From Toensbergia leucococca (Eukaryota), in contig JALDZS010000137.1 in NCBI GenBank assembly GCA_022813965.1, forward strand, positions 1 to 64,000: a stretch of DNA of 64,000 nucleotides, given 5' to 3'. Under the pieces are notes generated by a model. The model did not search any database. It had not been told where the DNA came from and saw nothing but the letters and a program-made list of their open reading frames with translations. The translations under genes were made by a program, and so were the position numbers. Positions 29,689 to 41,245 of the stretch are shown here, one piece after another. Position 1 is the stretch's first letter. The number at the start of each line of letters is the position of its first letter.

Positions 29689-32358
29689 CTAAAGCACCAT
29701 CTGCCACGCGACCTTTCTCTTCCTCAAAACAGCCAGCACACCCAACGGCAGCAAAGTCTTATCCACCAAGGCCAGTCCGCCACACTGCTTGAACAACTCC
29801 TCGGAGTGCAGTTGCACAATCCATTTCTTCTCAGAGTCAATACTCTCCGGCGCAAGATCGAACTGGGTCTCAGCGAGCATCCGGAGCGCACGCTCGACAT
29901 CGGCGGAGGTTGTGATATCCTTCTTCTCCGGCACGCGCAGCAATTGGGTATACGCATGCCACAGAAGAGAGCTTTCTGACTCCCGCCAACGCGTAAAGTC
30001 CTCAAAGGTCATGAAAGTGTCAATGTCTCCATGGAAGAAATGGCTCCTGTTGGTCGCCCCACTGTCTGATGGGTATATGGATTGGAAGTGCCGTCGGCGT
30101 CCCGTCTCGCCAAGGGCATCAAAGCTTGTCTTCGCAGCCTTGTACGCATCGATCTCTTCCTTGAAAAACCGCCGCATAAGTTGCTTGGGGTCTTTCGGTA
30201 GCTTATCATGAACTAGAAAGAGAGAGTTGAACGGGTCGCGAAGGCCCAGACCACCAAATTCCTCAGGCATCAACAGGAACGCATCAGGGACCTCTGTCAT
30301 GCCATACTTTTCGGAAATCCAGCGTTTCAAATGTTCCGTCACGCTCTTGGCCTGACCGTTCTCGCCCGAGAAGAGATATTTCTGCATCCGCAGATGTGTT
30401 TCCAGGATGTTGTCGACATGAGCACTTCCGAAACAGTTGGCTGGCTCGCCGAACGTGCTACCGAAGAAGCGACCAATGCAGCTGTTCCAAGTCTGGATCC
30501 AGGAAAGGACACTGCTACAGGCCGCCAGCTGCTTCTCCAACTGTTTGACGTGCGCATCCACGGGCTCTTGGTTGATGGTCCATTGACCAGTTTCTGAACA
30601 TAGCTGAAGAAAGTCAACTGCAACAGGCCCTTTCGGTAGCGTCTCAAGAACCTCTTCATCCTTCTCTATGTCACCCTGTTTCAAATACACCGATCCAGTT
30701 TTATGTTCGTTGAATTGCACTCCCACGACTTTCGCAAAGTCTTGCATGGTCTGCCACGCTTTGGCACACTTTTGTGGTGGACCGCATAGCCAAAGGTCGT
30801 CATGTTGGCGATAGAGGAGCATGGATGCTTCTTGGTTCACGGCAAGGTCCATGAAAAACAGGACCAATTCTCCGAAAAAGACCTCGAGAGCGTGAGCTAT
30901 TGGGATTCCTCGTTTCCGAACTCGCACTCGATCATCTGGCACCAACCTTTCTAGACATGGGCTCATGTTCAAGGGCGCTTCCAAAAACTTGGTGAAAAAG
31001 GTGATCCAAGCTTCAGGTACTCCAATGAACCGCATCACGGCAGACAAAGTGCTATGTGGTAACCCGGTAGCATACCATTGCAGATCGGATTGGACAATAG
31101 CAACCTCCCCATCCAGGTCGCGACCAACATGGATTTCTGTCGCTAATTGACGAAGCAGCTGCTGCTTGATCTGATGTGAAGACGTCTTCTCGCCATCAGC
31201 GGGATCAGCATCGTAAGCGCGAGAATTGTCAAGAATCGAACTAGACAAGTGCGACATGAAGAAATCCTCCCTGTAAGTTTTACGGCGCTCGGCTCCCACA
31301 TTGTGTGTGCCCGCCTGATGCATATTCCCGAGATAGAACCGCCACCGTTCACGATCTTCAAGCGACATTGGGGTACCCGTCTTCCAGATACAGTCAAAGA
31401 GCTCCCAGAGACGTTGTTTGAGGGCCACAGACCAGGTAATTCCGATGTAATGTAAGAACATGGCTTGCAAGAGGTCTTCGTCCATGTGAATCCTAGTCTT
31501 ACCATTCAGCTGCTGGCGCGGTTCCACTGGTATGCCGTCTACCCCCGCATCCCAAGACCAGTTCTTGAAGTCTGCAAAGCGCATATTGAGAACATCTGCA
31601 ATCTCCTGGAGTACTGTGTCATTCTGCAAGAAATCTTGAAGAATCGATTTTTTCTCCTCGTTGAGTAGCGTGTTGTGCAGCAAGCCTCTAATGCACCACT
31701 CCAGCGTGTCAATATCAAAAGGTGTCTTCTTGAACATCGCCTTGCCATGCTCCTTCACCCCCTGCCGCAAGGCCCCTAACGCTTTGATTCCTGCATCTCC
31801 CTCAAACAAATTACTCAAATAGAGATCAATTTCAACCTCGTCCGTCTCCAAAGGCGTAAACACTACAGCCGCAAACTTCCGACACAGTTGCTGTAGGCGA
31901 TCCTTCTCCAACACCTCAAAATCATCATCCAGCTCCGTCTTCTCCTGCCTCTGCGCCTCTGCGGCGATCACAACCGGCGACTCAATCCACTCCGTCAACA
32001 AAAGCGAATACAGCTCCGCCAAGTCCAACTTTCGGCTCTGAACATCGAGCTTAGCTCGGAGCTGCGCCTCGAACTTTTCGAGCATGGAATCCGGGATGGA
32101 GGGATCGTAGCGCGACTGTTCCAGCCAGCGCGTGATGTTCTTGTACAGAGCGTCATGCTTCGAGGAGGAGTCAAGATCGTGAACGCCGGAGAGGAGGCGT
32201 GATACTCGAGATCGCAGGTCGTCACCGGCAGAGTCGATGTCTTTGACGATTTCGGCTTTGGCGACTTCGAAGCCTCGTTTTTGCTTGTTGAGCTCTTTGA
32301 ACTTGGTGATGGTGATGGATTTGAGGGTTTGGGAGAGGACGGCGGAGGGGGAGGACAT
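29689..32358 (-). CDS. rvt: rvt-type cellular reverse transcriptase-related protein (889 aa, intronless)
   Basis: N-terminus MSSPSAVLSQTLKSITITKFKEL with coiled coil. RT motifs QSDLQWYATGLPH, RGIPIAHALEVFFGE, YRQHDDLW (QHDD at 30796-30807) and GVQFNEHKTG; C-terminal GGLGLRDPF. No gag, protease, endonuclease, RNase H, integrase or LTRs seen. Confidence 0.85.
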   Translation of the reverse strand: MSSPSAVLSQTLKSITITKFKELNKQKRGFEVAKAEIVKDIDSAGDDLRSRVSRLLSGVHDLDSSSKHDALYKNITRWLEQSRYDPSIPDSMLEKFEAQLRAKLDVQSRKLDLAELYSLLLTEWIESPVVIAAEAQRQEKTELDDDFEVLEKDRLQQLCRKFAAVVFTPLETDEVEIDLYLSNLFEGDAGIKALGALRQGVKEHGKAMFKKTPFDIDTLEWCIRGLLHNTLLNEEKKSILQDFLQNDTVLQEIADVLNMRFADFKNWSWDAGVDGIPVEPRQQLNGKTRIHMDEDLLQAMFLHYIGITWSVALKQRLWELFDCIWKTGTPMSLEDRERWRFYLGNMHQAGTHNVGAERRKTYREDFFMSHLSSSILDNSRAYDADPADGEKTSSHQIKQQLLRQLATEIHVGRDLDGEVAIVQSDLQWYATGLPHSTLSAVMRFIGVPEAWITFFTKFLEAPLNMSPCLERLVPDDRVRVRKRGIPIAHALEVFFGELVLFFMDLAVNQEASMLLYRQHDDLWLCGPPQKCAKAWQTMQDFAKVVGVQFNEHKTGSVYLKQGDIEKDEEVLETLPKGPVAVDFLQLCSETGQWTINQEPVDAHVKQLEKQLAACSSVLSWIQTWNSCIGRFFGSTFGEPANCFGSAHVDNILETHLRMQKYLFSGENGQAKSVTEHLKRWISEKYGMTEVPDAFLLMPEEFGGLGLRDPFNSLFLVHDKLPKDPKQLMRRFFKEEIDAYKAAKTSFDALGETGRRRHFQSIYPSDSGATNRSHFFHGDIDTFMTFEDFTRWRESESSLLWHAYTQLLRVPEKKDITTSADVERALRMLAETQFDLAPESIDSEKKWIVQLHSEELFKQCGGLALVDKTLLPLGVLAVLRKRKVAWQMVL

Positions 32359-33376
32359 GTTTGGTTGTTTGGTTATTTGGACGGTTCGGCAGCGAATTGA
32401 TAGAGCAGGGTAACGACAGAAATTTGATAGAGGGACTGATGATATACCAAGGGAACAGGAGAGGCTCTCGTAGTGCGAATGAATTTCCAATTTCCTGCTT
32501 TGCTGGAGGACCTCCAAACATGATTTCGTGTTTCCTTAATGTACTAAAGCCTCTTGACGATAGTTCCATTCAATGGCAAGGTCAATTCCATCCAGCCAAT
32601 GACCGTCATTGCAGCCTGCTAGGCACGCGCCAAAGCTCAAGCTAAAATAGTTTCATGAGTCAGACGTGCATTACTGCCTCCAACGCGTTACTGAATCCCA
32701 GGCAGCAACCGCGATCGACGCACGAGACCACGTGATTCTCGAGGTTCCGGACATCTTCCTCCGATCCGGACCTGGTGTGAGTTAGAACCGAATGCCATGA
32801 AACTTCGACAAGGTGTCCTAGCTATGCAGGCGGTAGGCTTCGCTACATCAGTGATACTGAGGCTATGTCGTGGCTGTTCGTTACGCTGCTATTAGGAGCA
32901 CGGGCGGGTCTCATGTATCCCTGAACCACTGGCCTGATCCTAGTCGATAGAGTAGAGGAGGCATTGAATTAAATTTAGAGATGTTCGGAGGCGAGGTGGT
33001 ACTTGGGCCCATCTGCGACCGAAAGACGAATGATTAAGCAATGCTTAGACATGAAACATGCCTGAAAGTCGTCCAAACCTTGATCAATGATGGAAAGCTT
33101 GGAGTGCGCTCTGTTGGTACCATCCAAGGAGGTATGGAGAGCGTAATCGGTGACCTGGAGACGGTAAAAATCGAAGACTTCTCCGGACCAAATGTGGTTC
33201 TTCTATCAAATTAGAGAGATTTCCCATGAATGTGTGAGATCCGAAAGTGCGGGTTTGAAAGACCGCTGTCGCATTCATCGGTCAAATTGGATATTATCCC
33301 TTGCAATGCCATTGTCAGACACTTGCACTATCTTGTGCCTGTCCGGGCTTGCAAGCAAGCGCACGCTATTGACTCA

Positions 33377-36300
33377 TTAGAAGGCCGGGTCTCCCGCTGT
33401 CAAAGGTCTCATATATGTTCCCCCATAGCTTAGCAACAGCTCAGAAATCCGGTCATATGTTTCCATTAGATGTCTTAGATCCGCTATGCTTATGTTATAC
33501 TCTTTGTTCACCATCATCTTTCTAATAGCAAAGCATTCGCACAACACACAATCCAGTGGCGTGCCATATTCCATGACTTTCGCATATCCGTTGTATTGCC
33601 ACAGATAGTTCTTGTATAACATCTCATCCAGTGGTGTCTTGTGCTTTATCTCAGTTTCCCGACGATTCTCTGAAAACCATCTGCTAGGATGAACAAATTC
33701 CCGGTAAATGTTGGACTTTACCCCAAATTGCAACAAAAGTTCAACAATATCAGGGAAGCCAGCGTAAGCAGCATAATGCAGTAAAGTACCTCCCTGTTCG
33801 TCGACTTGCTCCAGCATCCCGGGATGAGCCGCAGGAAAGCATGGCAGGACGTATTTTTTGATTATGGATTTTATCTGATGCTCAACAAGGGTTGAATCTG
33901 TGCTGCCGTTAAGTGTTCGCTCTTTTATACGATATGAGCTAAGGAGCATGGCAACGACATTCAAGCCATGGCGGCTTTCGGTAGGTTGCGCGCCCGCTGC
34001 CAACAACATATGAAACACATCCGGAGACGAATTCACAGCGGCTGCAAGTGGTGTTGTACTGCTTGAGAAGTCGTGAACTGGTCTCGCACCATATCTGAGC
34101 AAGATTTGAGCAATCAAAGGTAGTGTTCCTGGTCTCACAGTAGGATCGCCGCCTTCCGGTAACAAAGCAAGGGCAGTCATACCCTGGTCATTCCTGATAT
34201 TAGGGTTGGCACCGCATTGAAGTAACGCAATAACAGCATCAAGGTCGCCTCTACGGACAGCTAGTATTAGAGGTGTCATATTACCGTTGGGATGGTCAGC
34301 GAGGGTCGAATAGTCCGCGGATTTTGTCAAGGCATCGATTTGGCCACCCATTGCCAACAATGCTTCTACCGTGTGGCGAATATTAGTCTGGCGAGTTTCA
34401 GGAGGTCCCTCAAACGCGGGAGACCAGAATCGAGTAGCCCAGAAAGTTCGGCCAACCCAAGCATATTCGAGGCGATGAAACGGCGTATAGCCTTCTTCGT
34501 CGCTCTGCATGATATCCACGGTATTGTTCTGAAGAGAATTAATTCTTCGCAAGATTTGCCAGTCATGATTAGCTGCAGCTATGTCTAGCATATTAAGACC
34601 TGCGACGGGGCAAGCCGGATGCGAGTAGCCACCCTGGTCATAATCTCCCTCCGCTTCCATGTATCTGACATTCATATCATCGAGGTAGGGATCCGCTCGG
34701 TTTCGTAAGCCAGCATCAGCGCCATGAGACAGAAGGGCCGTGACAGCAGTCGGATTTCTCGCGGCAACGGCCCAGTGTAAGGGAGCCCCAAACGGCCACT
34801 TGAATGGGAAATGGTGGTCATGTTGCAAGTGTGACTTTCGGGCCACCGCGTTGGGATTTCCTCCGTGGTGCAGCAATAGATCAGCAACCTCTTCAATGGA
34901 TTCACTGGGAAAGTTGAAAAGCCAATGGAAGCACGTAACCCCTCTTGACTCCTCAGCAATCGAAGCGTCTGCGCCGTTACTACAAAGGACTCTTACAGTC
35001 TTCACAGATCCTGTCCGACAAGCTAGATACAATGCTGTCCCTTTAACAAAACTGATTGCATTTAGGGGAACTGTGATAGTGCTGAGGAGTTTGTGAAGCG
35101 CTTCAGAATTGCCCAGCACCGCCAAGCTAGCGCATAAATCCAGTTTCTCGGTATCGTCAGGATTCATTGCTAATTGCTCTGCGAGATTAGCTTTCTCCAA
35201 CTCACGACTGGGTATAATACCGACGTAGTGTTGATTGTAACCTCCTCCGTTGTGAAAAGCGTGAGCCGCGCTTTTTGCCAATTCAGGCTCAATAGCCTTT
35301 AGATCAGCCATAGCCAAGATTGAGCCAGTGGATGCACCGTTGAAAAGCCATTGCCTGACAACTTCGCTAGTCACCTCCTTCGGCCATAGTAGACTATACG
35401 AGGCGAAAACTCTGCTGATCACAGCTTGAGCGGGCACAAAGCCCATCCTCGCCGATTGCAGCAGTGCTTTTATATAGATAGTGTCAATATCTGGGCCGAT
35501 CTCTAAGATATCATTGAATGAAATGTAAAGGAATATCGCAAAGAGCTCGTTCGCAGACAGGCATTTTTCATCATTATTGAAGGTGATTCTTATGCCTTGG
35601 ACTGCATAGTGACTTATTCCAGGCAATGACCATTTGTGATTGGAGATTGACCACCGATCTTCAATAAAATTCTCTGCCAAATATGCAGAGAGTTCCTTGC
35701 GATCCAAGGCGAGGTACATGCTACAATCTTTGGTCCTAAATAACGTAGAGTATGCATCAGTCAATGAGAAGGGCCGAGTAAATTCTCAGTACCGGTACTT
35801 ACCAATTCTGACAAGCTGGGCTTCCATCTACCATAATATCAGCCACGAGATATGGCCTGTCTGAGGCACGAAGTTCTAATAGATCCTTCAATGCGGCACA
35901 TGAAGTCTCCTGCAGAAGCGCTGGTATTTCGGGCATAGATTGAACAGCATCAATGGCGTAGAGGCTGACTGTCTTTTTGCTACTGCTACTAGGTGCTCTT
36001 CCGTTTAAACATAGAATACTCCAGATTGTCAGACCAAACGAGTAATTATCAGCCTTGCAGTATTGGCTGACAGGGAGCTCTGTTTCATATTGGCTGATCT
36101 CTGGTGCGTTCCAACCAGGAGTACATGCCGGTACCTTGATCGAATCAAGGCCTAAATTCTCGGCTTCAAATGTCGAGAAACCAAAATCTGCAAGTTTGGC
36201 TATGAAGGGAACCTCGTGGGTCGGATGGGAAAAGACGAGTACATTCGCAGGCTTCAAGTCCCCATGAATGATTCTATTCTCGTGCAAGACATCTAATCCG

Positions 36301-37007
36301 GCTCCAATATCCAAGCACAAGTGGTGTCTTACCTCCCAATTCAATCGATCATCACCACTCAGCAGGAATCTCTCTAAATCAGCGATAGCCAACTCTTGAA
36401 CAAGAAGCGGCGCCCCATGCCAATCCCAATCTCTAGCCCAGCCAATCAATTTGACGATATTTCTATGTGTCCTGAGACGTGGATGACGGAGTGCTAAGAT
36501 CTCTAAATGCATGTCATGCAACTGCTGGCTTGCACCTTTTGTCGAAAGATCCAAACGGGAATCATTATCAACAATGAAGAAGCTCCTCTTGACTGCGACT
36601 TGGTGAATGTATTGAGGGGCCTTGGACGCCGAGGCCCCACGGTAAATGTGGTTTCTATAGACACTAAATTGGCTTCCTTTGCCGATAAAGTCGTAAAGCT
36701 TGTCGGTGATGGGGAGTGGACCATCGACATCAAGCGCTCCGAGAGTATGCACGAGATCTTGAACGGTGCTTAGGGAACGTGTCCCCGCTTGGCTAAGATG
36801 CTTCAGATCAATAGCAACTGATGGCGTCCTATGTGCCGTGGGCAGGATGTACTTGTCATCACTGTCAAATGTAGATAACGACGAGAGTGAGCTTGGTGGA
36901 TTTGCGATGGACAACGAAGTCTGATCCGTGGCTGTGCTTAGATAGAGAGAGTCGTTTGGGACTCCTGCTGGAATTGCTCCCTCGAGATCGATTGTCTCGC
37001 TGGACAT
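33377..37007 (-). CDS. Protein kinase-ankyrin repeat protein (about 1187 aa)
   Basis: Complete kinase motifs GKGSQFSV, VAVK, HGDLKPAN, DFG, APE and DNYSFG. An intron at 35736-35802 (GTAAGT...TTAG) joins the kinase in frame (W-TKDCSM) to a 795-aa ORF with many ankyrin repeats. Confidence 0.85.
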
Positions 37008-37194
37008 GGTTGGTAGAAGGCGCTCATCGATAATTACGTGACCGAGACATCATGATGCTCGTCGTAGCTACTCCATACTTGGAGAGAGAGGAAGCTCAGT
37101 GCGGAAGAGGCTCAATTCGTAGTGCGGGGCGTCTTCTCATGACAGCAGCAACTTCAAGAGCACGGCTACATTCTCCAAGTAAACAGCAAGCAGC

Positions 37195-38733
37195 ATGTCT
37201 GGCGTTGAGGCTGTCGTTGGTGTTGTTTTAGCAATTCCCAGCATCATCGACTTATGTATCAAATATGGTAAATTGCTCGAGCGAAAAATCTCCTTGTTCA
37301 TGAAGGCCGAAGAGCGTAGCCCACTACAGCTTTTCGTCTTGCACCTGGTAGCCGGCGGCCTCAATGACATGCTTCTTTACTTTAAGGAGGAAAGTCGTCT
37401 TCTTACCCTTTCGTTTGCCACTGAGTTGACAGATCTGACTCGCCAGCTGAATGTGGTCCTGTTGAAAGCTATTGAGGCTTTCCCATCCGATTCGGTTGCA
37501 GAAGAGAAAGGGAAAATATCGAGGCTGAGGTTTGGGCTTTTTGAGGCCAGGCGGATCGATGAAGCCTCAGAGGAGTTGGAGCTTTGGCACAGTCGTTTCA
37601 AGCTACGAGCTGACATTTACGTCACCTATGTCCTCCGCCCGAAGACGGACCGTGGACAAATCGCAGCCTCGAGCTCAGACTCGAAGGTGGAAGAAGTCAC
37701 AGCAATGCAGTCAAGGCTTGAACGCCTTCGCCAAGGTCGCCGGCTTGTCACGGGCCCCTTGTTGCTCGACACCTCTGAAGCAAAGCTTCGTCAACTACCC
37801 AATTCCTCAGTATGGACACTCGAACACCCATCGATAGCCTCGGACCCGTTGTTGGAGTATCGAAGCTACAAAGGTTGCTCGCAGGACGAAGTTCATGCCA
37901 CCCGCCTCATAGTCCGCAAGATCGCCCAAAAGCTCCGCGAAGTTGAACCCACCCAAGGCATCCTTCCCTGCCTAGGCTTCTCCGAGGACCCCATCAATGA
38001 TCGTTTCGCACTTCATTTCTCCCCTCCACCCAATAGCACAAATCCCCAATCCCTACGAACTCTGCTCGCCGACCCACGAAATAGAGACAAGACGATTGGG
38101 AAGCAGCATTCAATCACCAACCGAGTACATCTCGCGCAAGCAATCGCTGCTGCAGTCGGCTACGTGCATTCCTCTGAATTCGTACATAAGAATATCCGGC
38201 CAGAGAACATTATCATCTTTGAGCCCCAGCTCTCAGACATATCGGCAAAAGAGCTAGCACAGCAGCGCTTCCCCTTCAAGATTGGCGAGCCGTATCTAGT
38301 CGGCTACGACGGGGCGCGGAACGAAGATGCTGAGACGCGGCTTCTAGATGTTGCACAATGGCAGCGGAGACTATACCTCTCGCCTGACCGGCAAGATGTT
38401 AAAAATACGCTGGTGAAGTACAGCATGAAGCACGATATCTACAGCCTGGGCGTCGTACTGCTGGAGATTGCACTATGGGAAGATTTCACCGATGGAGCGG
38501 GTACTTACGGAAAATTATTCAAGGCTGCCAAAGACCCATTGAAGCTGCTGATGCAGCTTACAAGGCGCGTGCCGCTATTGTTGGGCGACAAGTACCGGGA
38601 TGCCGTGGTGGCTTGTTTGACAGAGTTGAAGGAACAAATTGAGGACCACCAGCTTGACGACGCTGATGGGATCGTTGTTGGGATGGCATTTATAGCGCAG
38701 GTGATTGAGAAGCTAGAAAAGATTTCTGTGTGA
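37195..38733 (+). CDS. N-terminal helical (HeLo/HET-s-like) domain plus kinase-like (pseudokinase) domain protein
   Basis: Hydrophobic N-terminal helix MSGVEAVVGVVLAIPSIIDLC followed by a helical domain. The kinase-like C-lobe has HKNIRPEN (no catalytic Asp), GYD in place of DFG, and HDIYSLGVVLLEIALW. Confidence 0.7.
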   Translation: MSGVEAVVGVVLAIPSIIDLCIKYGKLLERKISLFMKAEERSPLQLFVLHLVAGGLNDMLLYFKEESRLLTLSFATELTDLTRQLNVVLLKAIEAFPSDSVAEEKGKISRLRFGLFEARRIDEASEELELWHSRFKLRADIYVTYVLRPKTDRGQIAASSSDSKVEEVTAMQSRLERLRQGRRLVTGPLLLDTSEAKLRQLPNSSVWTLEHPSIASDPLLEYRSYKGCSQDEVHATRLIVRKIAQKLREVEPTQGILPCLGFSEDPINDRFALHFSPPPNSTNPQSLRTLLADPRNRDKTIGKQHSITNRVHLAQAIAAAVGYVHSSEFVHKNIRPENIIIFEPQLSDISAKELAQQRFPFKIGEPYLVGYDGARNEDAETRLLDVAQWQRRLYLSPDRQDVKNTLVKYSMKHDIYSLGVVLLEIALWEDFTDGAGTYGKLFKAAKDPLKLLMQLTRRVPLLLGDKYRDAVVACLTELKEQIEDHQLDDADGIVVGMAFIAQVIEKLEKISV

Positions 38734-39124
38734 TAATGGAAATAGGCGTCCTATAGAGGAATTAGTAAAGCATGGAGCGTTTGGGCTGTACTGATGGATC
38801 GTAAGAGCATGGCAGCATCACCGACGAAGAAGGAGGATCTACGCCGCTCGGCGTCTCAAATCTAGGTGGGTGAGCAATTAACATGAAGTCGGTCGAAGAA
38901 TGTTCGTGCTTCAACAGATCGAGCGTCTTAGACAGGGGTGCTGTAAACAATAATTCACTACGATACAGACCTGCCGGAGACTGACTTCGTAGTTCAGATT
39001 GCTCTCGGCGATGTGTTTCTGAAGCATCATACATGTGATTTGACAGTGGTACTCGTAAAAGGAGGCAAGTCAGGCATTCTGTGCGGATATTCTGTCTTGC
39101 ACGCGAGGACGTTACACGGACGAA

Positions 39125-39175
39125 GGCCAAACCCCCCAACCGGCCACTTGGCTGGCCGGGTTGGGGGGTTTGGCC
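39125..39175. repeat. GC-rich inverted repeat (about 22-bp stem, 6-nt loop)
   Basis: ggccaaaccccccaaccggcca-cttggc-tggccgggttggggggtttggcc; arms are complementary with one bulge. Confidence 0.8.
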
Positions 39176-39390
39176 GGTTGGGGGGTAAGCCCTTCTAGGC
39201 GAGCGTGCCAGGACATGGGATAGCATCCTGTAGAGGGGTCTAAGCTCCTTTGTGTTTCTTGGTTTGGCCTGTAGTCATCACATCTCCATTGCGAGACCCA
39301 TATTCGGATAGAATGCTGACCGCGTGGTTTAATTTAAAGCCAAAAAAATTGTCAACAGGAACCATCTCAAATCGTTGGCAAGCATCAACT

Positions 39391-41121
39391 TCACATCACC
39401 TTCTTCGCCCAGATTTTCTCGTCGACCATCTCCGGTTCGATACCCAGACCCAATTCATCCACCTCCCCAGCTTCATTTATCGTAAACGCAGCCTTGGCCG
39501 CACCTGCGAGGGCTAGAGATCCGTCGGTCTTGACGGAGCGTAACCAGGCGAGGAAAAAGTCGCTGCTGATGTGTTCGAAGTCCAGGAGAATTTGCCCTCG
39601 ATCGGTGAGTTCGATGCGGAGGATTTCGTTTGTGTGGGCTGGAGTGAGGAGCTCTGGGTTGGGGATATGGAGGGTCACGTTGAAGGTTCCGTAGGCGGGA
39701 TTGGTGTAGAGACCTGTGTAATGGGACAGGGACAGAGTTGTGGGAATTGGGGGCTTGGGAGCATTGGGGTACCATTCTTCCCGGATATGATCGAGGGCCT
39801 GCGTTCGTCTCTCAAACTCGGTGTCAGATCGACTCTGCCAGTCGATTCTGTCGACTCGAGGGGTGTCCATCAGATCATCGAGTAACGCATATTGAAGGAT
39901 CTCCTCGGCGAGATTACTTGTCTGGAATGTATTCGCCATTATGACTACGCCCCACTTTCGCCAAGGCAGATAAAGCATCTGTGTTCCAAATCCACATTGC
40001 ATGGCGCCACCGTGGTATATCATGCTTTCACCGCGGTACGTGCTTCGAAACCAGGCTAGCCCGTATGTTGTTGGCCCTGTGTTTGGGAAGTGCTCCATGA
40101 GATCTGCAAAAGATCGAGGGGTTCTAAGAGCGGCGTGGCCGGCTGGGGAGATGGGCGGAGCTTGATCGATCATGGTGTGGAGATATTTTGCGTAATCTGC
40201 TACGGTGCTGATAATAGCCCCGTCACCAGATTCTGTGGGGTCATTGCACCAGTTCTCGGGTATGTATCGCTGGGTATGGTTATCCCAGAAGTAGCCACGA
40301 GCGAGACTTTTGTTCTCCTTGTTCACGGCGTTTTCGGCATCCTGGAGGGAGAAGTAGGTGCTCGACATAGATAGGGGCTCCCAAATCCGAGTACGCAGGA
40401 AATCACCTAGCCACATTCCGATCACGGTTTCAACTACATGCGAGAGGACTTTGAACATGATGTTGCAGTATTGCCATCTCGTCCTTATCTCTGCTGTCAT
40501 TGGTAGATGACGAAGGCTACGGGCGACGCTCTGGACGGTGTCATTGCGCTTACCATAGCTGCCGTCATGTCGCGGCATACCAGTCCGATGTGATGCAGCA
40601 TCCTCCAGCGTGACGTGGGCGGTTGCGTATTCATCCGGAAGAACAAAGTCGTCCCGAATCAGGGAAGAAATGGGAGTGATCCACTTGATTGGATCAGAGG
40701 AATTGGCCGTGTCATCTATTAGGAGGGAGATGGCAGCGGCGGTAAAAGATTTGGTGGTGGATCCGGCATAGTACATGGTTTCTGAAGTAGCTTCAATGTT
40801 TGGGAAAGTGGCAATGCCGTATCCCTGTTGAAGAGACTGCTGAGCCAGTGCAACGTGATGATGAAATTAATGGAAGTGAAGTGTTACCTTTGTAAAGGTG
40901 TCATTGCCATCAATAATGGCAATTGAGAGGCCAGGAATATGCCAGTAGTCTAGGGTATCTTTGACAAGCGCATTAAAAGCAGGAGTGAACGGACTTGATG
41001 GAGATTCTGTAAGGGACTTTTGGAATTCATTTGGTTGAACAAGGATGGTACATGCAACAAGAAGAGGAAGAGGCAGAAGGAAGAATTTGAGATTGGTACG
41101 GATTGTTGGTACGAGTAGCAT
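39391..41121 (-). CDS. Beta-lactamase/serine hydrolase family protein (AmpC/PBP-like), probably secreted or membrane-anchored
   Basis: SxxK (GSTTKS), SHRTG, YCN and HGG motifs. Upstream exon has a hydrophobic N-terminus and WHIPGLSIAII; one intron near 40826-40887. Confidence 0.85.
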
Positions 41122-41245
41122 AGTGAGAGCAAATACAAGCAAAGGCGGGGAAAGCGGAAGTAAGCAAGAATTCTATAACTCCTACATGCGGAATAGCTAG
41201 CCCTTAGATAAGATATGAGTATATTAGTGAGTGAGAGGTTTTGAA

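Noticed and set aside
29689..32517. rvt ORF as a retrotransposon pol, and the 942-aa upstream start
   Set aside because: No gag, protease, endonuclease, RNase H, integrase, LTR or poly(A) seen. The family-like N-terminus begins at ATG 32358, so the extra 53 codons are probably UTR.
32360..33376. Possible ncRNA/template RNA upstream of rvt (retron- or DRT-like)
   Set aside because: No convincing inverted repeats or structured motif found by eye. Would need covariance analysis or RNA-seq.
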